Origin: Eledone cirrhosa
Lineage: Eukaryota
DNA length: 64,000 bases
NCBI GenBank assembly: GCA_964016885.1
Contig: CAXHJY010000834.1
Span: forward strand, 62,001 to 126,000
Reading direction: 5' to 3'
The stretch's first letter is position 1. Each line of letters begins with the position of its first letter. A model generated the notes under the pieces. That model was not told where the DNA came from. It was given only the letters and a program-made list of their open reading frames with translations, and did no database searches. Positions 1 through 10,414 of the stretch are shown in pieces. The position numbers and the translations under genes were made by a program.

Positions 1-144
1 TCATTGTACTGTGTTGTTTGCTTTGTTATTTCTGTTTGCCTTTTGCATATATATACATACACACATACATATATATATATTTATTATATTTTTTTTATTA
101 CTTTACTTGGTAATTTTTTATTTTATATAAGATATTCTGTATGC

Positions 145-1160
145 ATTATCATTGTCATCAAAATCATTTTTATGTTTGCTTTTCCATGCTTGCATGGGTA
201 TGACAAGTCCTTCTCAGCACAGCATCTCTCCACACATCACAATATTTTCTCATCGACTCTGTGAGTCTCAGTAATTTGAGGTCAGCTCTCACAACCTCTA
301 CCCAGGTCTTTATTGGTATACCTCTACTGTGGCTTCCTTCCAATGTCCTTTCCTGGCACTTCTTCACCCAACAATCATTGTCCATGTGCATCACATGTCC
401 AAACCAACTTCTCTCCTGCTCACAACCTCAGGTTCCTCTTAAACCCCTCAACTCAGCCAAGCTCTGCTTTTCTCTCATACTGACATTGCACATCCAACGG
501 AATATGGTTACTTCATTTATCTCCAGTTTATGCATGTCCTCTGCAGTCACAACACGTATTTTACTACCATACAGTCATCCTTTTGTATATAAGGAGAAAC
601 CTTTTGTGGTCAACAATGGGAATAGTTCTCTGAACTTTTTCCATCCTATTCTTATTCTAGCTATTATGCTCTCAGAGCACCCTCCTCCACTACTAATTAA
701 CTCACTTAGATAGCAGAAGCTATCTAGGTACTCTGTTAAACACTTTTTCTAGGTCAACAAAAGCTAGGTATTGTGGCTATTTTTTTTACTAAGAACTTCT
801 TTTGTAGTTGCTTCACTAAAAGGAGGGCATCTTTAGTACTTTTCCAAAGCATGAAAACTAACTGCATCTTGTCTAATTTGACCCTTTCTCTAATTAGTTG
901 TGCTATAACTCTTTCCATCACTTTCATAACTTGGTCCATTAGTTTTATTCCACTATAGTTGCTCCCTTCTAGGGAGCAATTTACAATTGTATTGCTTTGC
1001 CAGTCATTGTGTAGTTTGACTCCTACTTCTCCTGATGTTTTTAGCAGCTCAGCAGCTATCTTGGATGGTCCTGCAGCTTTATCATTTTTCATCTCTTTGA
1101 TTTCTTCTTTGACCCTATTACTGTCAACATCAATAGAGATGGCGTTATGAATGGACATGT
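145..1160 (-). mobile_element. Degraded RTE-clade LINE, 3' fragment with internal deletions
   Basis: Minus-strand ORFs give KAAGPSKIAAELLK, GIKLMDQVMKVMERVIA and the C-terminal WVKKCQE...WVEVVRADL. These match the intact ORF at 28163-31321. A degenerate (CAT)n tail lies near 145-165. Confidence 0.85.
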
Positions 1161-1164
1161 TATT

Positions 1165-1329
1165 TTTCTCTAAAAATGATGAATGACTAGTGTCCGAAAT
1201 GTTAAGACTCTTTTCTGACTATATCAAGCATAAAACTAATAATATATTTCTTCATTGTACTGTGTTGTTTATTTTGTTATTTCTATTTGCCTTTTGCATA
1301 TAGTAGGAAAAGAGTCTTAATGTTTCGGA
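1165..1329. repeat. Short fold-back insert with degenerate hammerhead-like motif (probable Penelope-like terminal remnant)
   Basis: 1193-1224 (tccgaaatgttaagactcttttctgactatat) is an inverted repeat of 1298-1329. The motif TGATGA..gac tagt gtc.GAAAtgTT lies at about 1177-1203. 1252-1301 recurs at 1-50. Confidence 0.5.
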
Positions 1330-3430
1330 ATATGGTTACTTCATTTATCTCAAGTCTACACATGTCTTCTGCAGTCACTGCCCGTTTTACTACCCTGCAG
1401 CATCACACTTCACACACAGGTGTCATAATGTCATCCTTTTGTATGGGAGTAGCTCTCTAAACTTGTTCCATCCTATCCTTATTCTAGCTATTATGCTCTC
1501 AGAGCATCTTCCTCCACTTCTAATTAAGTCACCTAGATAGCAGAAGCTATAAACCACTTCTATGGACACATACTGTGACTTGAAAAGGTTTAGATCAAGG
1601 ACACTCTTCCCTTGATTACTCATGTGCATCTTGTATATACTAAGTCTTCCTTTCCTGTTAATTTACCCATTATGCCACTACATTTCTTGTGTAACCAAGA
1701 TTTATATTGTGTAAATCGTTTTGATTCCAAATTCCATTTCCATAGTTGGAACTTATTTGCTAGTTCTTATATTGATTCAGTTATAAGGACCAAATCATCT
1801 GTATAGAGAAGTTCCCATGGACAGCCAGTTTTAAACTCCTCTGTTATGGCCTTAAGGACTATGATGAACAGCAGGGGCTAAGAACCGAACCTTGATGAAC
1901 TCTTACCTGTACCTTAAATTCCACACTAAACTCACTTCCTACTTTTACTTTACTGACAGCTCCTCTGTACATGGCTTGCATTGCTCTCACAAACCATTCT
2001 TCTACACCTAATTTCCTTAAGGATCACCAGATCAAGATACTCTGTCAAAGGCCTGTTCTAAATCAACAAAAGCTAAATATAGTGGCTTATTCTTGCCTAG
2101 GAACTCACTAAGAAGAGAGCATCTGTAGTACTTTTCTCAGGCATGAAACGAAACTGTATCTCGTCTAATTTGAATCATTCCTAATTAGTTGTACTATTAC
2201 TCTTTCCGTTACTTTCATAACTTGGTCGATTAGTTTTATTCCTCTATAGTTGCTCCTTTCTAGAGCATCACCTTTAGCAATTTATGATTGAACTGCTGTG
2301 ACAGTCATTGGGTATGGCACTGTCCTGTATCACCTGATTGACTACGCAGGTTGCTTGTTCAACTCCTACCTCTCCTGATGCTTTTATCATCTCAGCAACT
2401 ATCTCTTTTGATCCCGCAGCTTTACCGTTCTTCATCTCTTTGATTGCTTCTTAGACCCTATAACAGTCAACTGCAATAGCTGATCCTTCTGTTGGGTAAG
2501 TTAGGGTAGTTTCTCTTCCTCCCATTCATTCTCAACATTCATCAATCTCTGAATGTAACATTTCCAGGCCTCTTTTGTTTGGAAATCAGTGGTACTAAGG
2601 GCACATGCGTAATTTCTAACAAATTTTCCCTAACAACATCTCGATTTACTCTAACGCACTGCCTTGCAAAGCAAAACACTTCATATGTCTGGTCCTTACA
2701 TCTCAAAACATTGGCAAACTTTCTTTTTTCAGCTCCTCTCTGAGTTGTGTATATCCATTGTCTAGCTTCTTTCTTAGCAACCTGGTACTGCTCTCTACTA
2801 CCTCCATTTTCTAGTCTTTCCATGCCTGTCTCTTGGCTTTAAGGGCCCTATTTACTGTGCTGTTCCATCACCTGGTCACCCTCTGTCTGGCTGGTGCTTT
2901 ACTCCAGTCTCATCAGTAGTTTGTAAAAGGTTGTCACATAGGAATTTGCAGTTGTCCTCTACATTATATGTACCCAGCTCTCACCCCCCCCCCCCCTCAT
3001 CTACTGCATTCTGTAAAGCCTTTCTAAACCTATATTTAACTGAAAGGTCCTTTAGCTTCCAAACTCTCCATCTCCATATTTTTCTGCATATCTTGTTGTT
3101 TTGTGTTTATTTTGATGTCACTAATAACTAACTTGTGTTGGGCAGAGCATTCTTCCCCAGGGAAGGTCTTAATGTTTATTACAGTTCGTTTATCTTATTG
3201 TCTTATGAGTAAGTAATCAATTTGGCTTGTGTGTTCACCTGATTGATATGACATTTGTGGCTGGCTGGTTTCCTGAAATTTGTGTTGCAAATGGTTAGTT
3301 TATTCACATCACAGAATTCCAGGAGCCCCAATCCCTCTTCATTTCTTGAGCCATAACCATATCTGCTGTGAACTTCACAGAATCCATCCTGGTACCTCCC
3401 CATATGTCTGTTAAAGTCGCCTGCCAGTAT
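1330..3430 (-). mobile_element. Degraded RTE-clade LINE (APE to RT C-terminus, frameshifted)
   Basis: Fragments YGYGSRNEEG..LLEFCD, NGGSREQYQVAKKEAR and FCYLGD..GGRCSESIIARIRIGW are collinear with the intact RTE ORF. Confidence 0.85.
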
Positions 3431-3649
3431 GATGAGGTATCTTCAAGTGAAACTTCAGAGTAACAAGACTCACTATTTAGCCCTACCACAGTAGGTAAGT
3501 TGGTCTGAAATTTGGTTTTGCTTTTGAGGTGTTCTGGAGATGGTAGAAAATAGTTGTTAGCTAGGTAAGGAGTAGGTTAAGAGGGTTCGGCATGTTGATG
3601 CAGGGGCCGTCTATACTTAATGAGATTTTTTAATGAGTTTCACAATAGG

Positions 3650-4920
3650 TATATCATAGCACTGTCGAATAAAGGAGCAGGTAATATGCAAAGTTGTAAT
3701 ATGCAAAAAATACTTCCTGTCGGTTTTAGCTAGGGAGTTAGGATATGATGTTAATTATAACTTTAGTTGGTAAAGGAGATTACAAGCTGAGTCTGGGGAA
3801 TATTAGTCAGCTGATAGTAAAGCTTAGGTGTGAAGTAGAGGATCTGAGTGGTTGCCAGTTGAAAGAGAATATGTGTTCCTAGAATCTTCTGGATACCCAA
3901 ATTGCACAAAACATCATTTGGGTGTAGATTTATAGCCAGAGCTAGTAAGTGCAGAAATAGACAAGTAGCTATTTTAGTTAACAAGTTAAAGAGGCTTTTG
4001 ATATTGTGGTGCAATTCTTACAACTAGTGGAATGAATATGAGGTGGAACATAGGATCTACTAAGGATTTTTTGACTAGATTGAATAGATTAAAGACGATA
4101 AAAACAATGCATGTATATGATTTTTCCTCCCTTTACACTAGTTTGGAACTGGATTTAGTTAAAAAAGGGGTGAGTAGTATATTAGACCTGGTTTTCTGTA
4201 ATAAATTAAAGTATATTTCCTTCAAGAATGGCAAAGGCTTCATGTCTAGAGTAAGGTTCAGCGGATATGCTAATTGGACTAAGGTTAAGCTCAAGCAGGC
4301 AGTTCGGTTTATAGTGTATAGTTTTTGTTACATTCAGTTCTTACCTTACGTTGTTTTCAGGCAGGTAAGAGGCATACCAATGGGTGGGAACTGTATATAA
4401 ATATAAATCCTGGCGGATTTATATTTATCCTCCTGTACGTTTGACTATCTAGTGGGTTTAAGAAAGCTTAAGAGAAAAGGCCTAATTAGGCAGTTGGGTG
4501 GATGTTGTAGGTATATTGTCTGGCCTCCTATTTCAATAGTGATGTCTAAATAATGTCACATCCATTCCTATTCACCATTTCAAGTAAATCTTGTGTACCA
4601 TTTTATGGGTTTGCTACACAAGATTTACTTGAAGAGTTTAGAGGTGAATAGGAATGGATGTGACATTAGCAAGGTTAATTTTTTAAACATCACTATTGAA
4701 ATAGGAGGCAAGACAATAGTTACAAAGGTCTACAATAAGATTAAGGATTTGGGCTTTAAGGTGGCTTGGATACCCTTTACATCTTGCCATGCACCAATAT
4801 CTTTAGGATACTTGTTTTCTAGCCAAGTTGGATTGCTTTGGAAAGCGTTTCGTCTGAATTTATTCTTAATTTCATTTATTTGTTTGAAATCTAAGTAAAT
4901 TTTGGTATATTTGCCATGAG
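3650..4920 (+). pseudogene. Penelope-like retroelement reverse transcriptase remnant
   Basis: ORF 4032-4400 has YDFSSLYTSL and FRQVRGIPMG, followed by LADLYL and RYI(D). ORF 4593-4898 has VNFLNITI..TKVYNK. These are PLE-type RT motifs, with stops and frameshifts. Confidence 0.75.
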
Positions 4921-5399
4921 GTAGTAATTTTTGTCAAAGTAAGGGGTGTATAATTTTACATTGCATGCTATGATTGAACAGTACTTAACCGACAACATCA
5001 GAGAATAGTACCAAAGTACTGATTTTCTTTCTTTGTCGGTGACCACGAGACAATACAGATGGGTAAGTCTTGTTTCGTTAACATTTTTTGCTGTTCTCTG
5101 ATTATGTGGTTGTATATGTTATGCTTGTATATCCTATTTAATCTTAATTGTGGTTTACATTTGAGTGTATTTATTATGTTTATTTTATATTAATAATGGC
5201 ACTGACATTTATACCTTTTGCATTGCCTTTTGGTTATAGTATTTTCTGATATCATATATATATTGCCAACATGGATTTATTTCGCTTATTTCTTAATAAA
5301 TTTGGGTAATTTCTTTATTCTTATTTTGATTTTTAGGTTATGGAATAGGAACTAGACTTCTTGTATTCTTCGTCTTATAATCATTTTGCTCTTTTTTCT

Positions 5400-5628
5400 T
5401 TAACACTTTAGCATTCACATTACTCTATATCTACTATTGTATTTTCACAGAAAAGGCTTTACTTCACATAATTATCTCACACAATATCGAATCTATGAGA
5501 TTTTGATAGTATTTATTTTGAGAACGATACCTTAACATCGATATGAGTTGTCGGTTATGACCTGTTTGAACAGAAAGAGGTGAGCAAATTCTGGCTGGAT
5601 ATAGTCAGTTTAAATACTAAAAGGTTAA
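5400..5628. mobile_element. TTAA-bounded MITE (piggyBac-type ends)
   Basis: Ends ttaacactttagcatt and aatactaaaaggttaa form imperfect terminal inverted repeats bounded by TTAA. Confidence 0.55.
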
Positions 5629-6184
5629 TAGCTTAATATGTTATTTAATCTTAATTTTGTTTTACATCTGAGCATGTATATTATTTTTATTTGAAACTTG
5701 GGCCACCCGATGTGTGACATCATGTCATCTTGGGGGATTGTTTGAGGTTTTAAGGTCAAGGGTATACAGGAGAGGGTAGAGAAAGTCCTATTATGTAATG
5801 GGGTTGTAGTCGCTGCAGGTAATAATAGATATTGTTTGATATCTATTATTATACAGAAACTGCATAATTTGACACCTGTAGCTTGAAAAAGTCTGTCTCC
5901 CCCATACTCATATTTGGAGCGAGTAAGGGGTTGGGATATATGGATGATGTCTGAGGTAGGGGTTATGGGGGATGTCTTTGCTCTCATATAGACTTTTAGT
6001 GCATGATTGGCTTGGTTTTAATGAATATAATTTTGGAATCCAATTATCTTATCCACTAGATGCTTTGTTTATAGTTGGCTTTGTTTTATGAGTGCATTAT
6101 TTACATAAAGGGCATTCGATGATTGCTTAAGTTTGTTTTATATATATATGTACATAGTGTATATATGTATAGTGTATGTGAATG

Positions 6185-6640
6185 TACTTTACCTGTAACT
6201 GCCTCATAAGGAGGAGAGTATCAGTGATGCTTTTTTCCTGGCACAAACCCAAACTGCATCTCATCTAGTTTTACCTAGTCCCTAATCAACTGTGCTATAA
6301 TTCTTTCCATTAATTTTATGTCCTGGTCCATCAGCTTTATACCTCTATAGTTTCCTCTATCTAGTGCATCTCCTTTACCCTTGTAGCAGGTGACAATGAT
6401 GCTGCTGCACCAATCCTTTGGTATGACATCCTCTAGTATTACCTGGTTAACAATATGTGTGGTTATGGTGTGACCTACTGACCCAGATGCTCTCAGCAGC
6501 TATACCCGATAGACCAGTTGCCTTCCCAGTCTTCATATCTTTAATTGCCTTACTTACTACGCTGCTGCTGACTTGTATTGCTGGTCCCTCTATAGGGTCC
6601 ACTTGGGGTAGAGTCTCTTTCTCCCATGCATCCTCCTCAA
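6185..6640 (-). mobile_element. RTE LINE internal fragment
   Basis: EDAWEKETLPQVDPIEGPA...KTGKATG is nearly identical to the 14979-16961 ORF. Confidence 0.85.
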
Positions 6641-6644
6641 TTGT

Positions 6645-7055
6645 AGGATCCTCATAGAGAAACACCTACAACATCAGAAAGATGTGTTCCACAACTTCAT
6701 CAATTTCAAGAAAGTGTTTCATTGTGTATGGCATGACGGTCTTTAGTATATCCTCAGGGCATTCAATGTAGAAAATAGAATTATCCAAGTCATCCAGGCC
6801 TTTTATAAGGATGCCACCAGTGCAGTTCTTTGGGGAAAACAAGTGGGAAACTTCTTTTGGACAACTGTTGCTGTGATACAGGAGTGCATACTTTCACACA
6901 AATTGTTCAACCTGCTTTTAGAGCAAATCCTACAAGAAACCCTTAATGACCATGATATCTCAATCTCTGTCAGTGGTAGACCCATCTGTAACCCATGTTT
7001 TGCAGACAATATTGACCTCATAGCATGCAGTAAGACTTGACCAACAAACTTGACC
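6645..7055 (+). mobile_element. Non-LTR (RTE-like) RT fragment of a different family
   Basis: VIQECILSHKLFNLLLE...FADNIDL are degenerate GVRQGCxLSPxLF and FADD motifs. Confidence 0.65.
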
Positions 7056-7779
7056 AATATATATATTATTAAAAGATTGGAGGCCATAATCAGTTGATTC
7101 AGGTTTATTCAAAACTCTGTTATACATATTTTAGGACTATCAGTTATGATAGCCTGAGCTCATCAGACGGCAAAACTTTTCTATATATATATATATATAT
7201 CATCATCACCGTTTAACATCAGTTGATTGTGTCTTGCTTACACAGAACTGTTTCTGGCTTGGTTTCTATGGCTGGATGCCCTTCCTAACACCAACCACAT
7301 TTACAGTGTGTGCTGGGTGCTTTTTGTCGTGACTCCCACACAACCACTTCAGAATGAGAGCTGGGTGCTTTTTGTCATGGCACCTACATGACCACTTTAG
7401 TGTGGGCTGGAGGCTTCATTGGATGTATGCCACAGTATGTCCTCATGAGAGATGAATGGGATGGTGGGGTGGGGGTGGTGGCTACTATATATATATGTTG
7501 CTTCAGCTACAGCCTGTGCCTATGGGAAGGCGGATCTTCTGTATTACTGCATATATATATATATATATATAAAGAAATAGGATTTCGCTTCAAGCATAGC
7601 TTTATACAATATGTATAAATATTTTGTATCTCCAAAGAAATACGGTTTTAGGAAGCCGTAGCTATTCAAACAACGGGGTGGTGGTGGTGGTGGTGGGGTG
7701 TGTGGGGTGGGGGGGGGGGGGGGGGGGGGGGGGGGGGGCTAACGCCCTCCGGTGATGTCCAGCAGAAGCAAAGGGGACA

Positions 7780-7823
7780 ACCATCTATGCATTTCAGGCT
7801 TAAGTGGCCTTCGTCAGGGCGGT
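7780..7823 (-). ncRNA. Minimal type I hammerhead ribozyme motif
   Basis: Minus strand reads accgcc CTGACGA aggc cacttaa gcct GAAA tgca TA gatggt. It has the complete core, a 4-bp stem II and a palindromic stem III (ATGCAT). Confidence 0.75.
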
Positions 7824-8028
7824 CCCACCGCTTGCGACTGCTGGACTAGAAGACAGGCGAGAATATATACTTTTCTCGTCTGTGTAAATGAGGTGATTAA
7901 TCTCATATGCATATGAAGCTGCATAAGTTGGCTCAACTTATAATAAAAAAGAAATAGAATTTCACTTCAAGCATAGCTTTATACAATTCGCCTGTCTTCT
8001 AATCCAGCAGTCGCAAGCAGTGGGAGGG

Positions 8029-8072
8029 ACCGTCCTGACGAAGGGCAGTTAAGCCTGAAATGCATAGACGGT
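8029..8072 (+). ncRNA. Minimal type I hammerhead ribozyme motif
   Basis: accgtc CTGACGA agggc agttaa gcct GAAA tgca TA gacggt has a perfect 6-bp stem I. Predicted cleavage is 3' of A8066. Confidence 0.75.
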
Positions 8073-8261
8073 TGTCCCCCTTGCTTCTGCTGGACATCAC
8101 CAGAGGGCGTTAGCCCCCCCTGGTGTTTGCATAGCTACGGCTTCATAAAACTGTATTTCTTTGGAGATACGAAATATTTATACATATTATATATATATAT
8201 TTGTTTTGCAAGGTTTTTGAAAAAATGGCGTAGACATTACAATAAAATAGGAGGAAACATA

Positions 8262-8315
8262 ATAGTACCACTGATGATGTCGAAGATGTGTGACGAAAGA
8301 ACTTTGATAGACTAT
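8262..8315 (+). ncRNA. Degenerate hammerhead ribozyme motif (different family)
   Basis: atagtacca CTGATGA tgtcg aagatgtg tgac GAAA gaac TT tgatagactat. Stem II is gtcg/tgac and stem I is imperfect. Confidence 0.5.
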
Positions 8316-8865
8316 ATATATATATTTATATCCTTAGCTATAGTTCCTTAGCTTTGCATAGAACTAAATACCTGTTGAAAAAGTGACATCTTTGTTCGAT
8401 CAACATACCAAAAGCTTAACATTATTTGTTTAAGCAGACAGTATCTGATTTAGGAGTTGCAGAAGCCCCATATTGGATTTTACCACCGTTTCCAGGGGCC
8501 CGGGTATATTTTTCAATCATATTTTATTATTTGTTTGACCCGAATAGCTTGCTCGCTTCTATGGCTTTGCGGTTAATGGTTTAACCATCGTCTCAGTGTG
8601 TTTGGCCTTTTAACGTATGTTTATTGGTCTAGTTCACTCATTTCTATTTCCAATAGCCGAAATGCGACTCTCACTAATTTATATTTGTATATATTTATAT
8701 CTATATTTTTAACTGTTGGTTAATCAAGGATAAACATTGATTGCCAAATAAATTAAGTATGGAGATATAAAAGATACAGAAGCGAAAGCCAACCCAAACC
8801 AAACAGTGAGTGTGTTCTGTTATTATTTCTGGCAATATTATAACAATATGACCCTCCCCAAGTAT

Positions 8866-8869
<4 letters not shown>

Positions 8870-8948
<79 letters not shown>
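8870..8948. repeat. (TA)n microsatellite
   Basis: Direct reading. Confidence 0.95.
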
Positions 8949-8952
<4 letters not shown>

Positions 8953-9326
8953 AAGAGTGAAGAATAACATGGTCAACAGTACAAAAAGGATTTTATTTAT
9001 ATATATAAATATAATAAGAAGGTGGAGATGTTACATAGGAGATTTATTGCTCAATCCTGGTTACAAATGTTTCTCAAGCAGACTGGGAAAATTAGACATT
9101 AAATGATGATGATGATGATATATATATAGAGAGAGAGTCAGTGGTGCCAAGACCAGGGAGATCACTAATCATGGAAGTTCTCAATGCTTGGGGAGATGCA
9201 GAGTGGGTATAGAGATATGTAAAATCATGACCGCAGTGCAAAGTGGTTTCGCTTGGTTCCATGGTTGGGATTTTACATCTCTCTCTCGCTATATATATAT
9301 ACCTCCCCTCTCTCTCTATATATATA

Positions 9327-9700
9327 TATATACCTCTTCCACTTCATCCAAGTGTGAATCTCATATCTTCTTCTTTGCCCACTTATTCCTGAGAGGGTTG
9401 TTGGGGCAGAGTCATTCAAACACTCCCTCCAGCTGATCCTGTCAGAAGCAACTGTCTCCAACTGATCCAGCTGGATCTCCAAGCATGACCAGCCAAGCTC
9501 ACAGATGTTATCCAACCATCTTGCTCAGGGTCTATCCCTGGGTCTCTTGCCGGTTGGTTTTGCCTGTAAAATCTGCCCAGCGATTCTTTTCTGTGACATT
9601 CTAACCTTATGTCTATAGTATCGGAGCTGCAATCTCTCAATTCAGAGAAGTAACTTCTCTACCTGAAGTGACTCTCTGATTCTCTGAGCTATGCATTGTG
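9327..9700 (-). mobile_element. Degraded RTE-like LINE 3' end
   Basis: RPRTRWLDNI..LEIQLDQLETVASDRISWR is a LINE C-terminal pattern. A related copy lies on the plus strand at about 53640-53975 (shared ggttggataacatc). Confidence 0.55.
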
Positions 9701-9733
9701 TAATTTTGGTTCCTTTGTTTTGTTACATTTATT

Positions 9734-9806
<73 letters not shown>

Positions 9807-9855
9807 TTATATATTAATTAAAGGTTAATTAGTCCTATATATATATATATATATG

Positions 9856-10341
9856 TGTAGCGACGTGGTTAGTCGGTCTGGTCACTACTTCTGATCGGAT
9901 CCGAGAATAGCCCTTAAAAGGACTGTTATTGCATACGGTCTGATCGGATCTGAGGGTAGCCCTTAAAAGGACTGTTGTCACATACGGTAAGGATAAACAG
10001 ACGAAAGCACAAGTTGAAAGGACGAGCAAGGCGAGAGATGTAGTTTCGGTCAGCTATTTATTTTCATAAATGAAGCGACGATACAGAGGTACAAGGTGTG
10101 TGTGAGTGACAAGTGTGGCAGAGGAGAGGAACAACGATACGCGAGCTGACTCTGCTAAAGGGCGACTGGTGATAGTGTTTGGAATCACTCTATTTATATA
10201 AAAATAATCGTTTGATATTTAGCCGCTGCGTAGGCATTTTATTTTGAAGGCTTAAGGGTTGTTTGTTTCACGATGAGGTAGCTAGCTAAGCAGATAGATG
10301 GAGTTGTTTATTTCACAGATGTTATTTCTGGTGGCTGTACA
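9856..10341 (-). repeat. 3' LTR (486 bp)
   Basis: Direct repeat of 13675-14097, preceded on the minus strand by the PPT-like tggcacggggctaa (10342-10355). It contains an internal ~52-bp tandem duplication. Confidence 0.92.
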
Positions 10342-10414
10342 TTAGCCCCGTGCCAGATCTTTTGTACAACAAAAGAGCGAAATATTGTATAGTAATGAGC
10401 CAGTGGTGCATTTG

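Larger units (their letters stand above)
7570..8190. mobile_element. Fold-back non-coding element with two hammerhead-bearing arms (Penelope pseudo-LTR-like)
   Basis: Arm about 7608-7860 is the reverse complement of about 7988-8190. A 40-bp direct repeat occurs at 7571-7610 and 7949-7988. The element is flanked by (TA)n. Confidence 0.7.

Noticed and set aside
5625-6130. 120-aa minus-strand ORF as a possible PLE endonuclease or host exon
   Set aside because: No motif could be identified with confidence.
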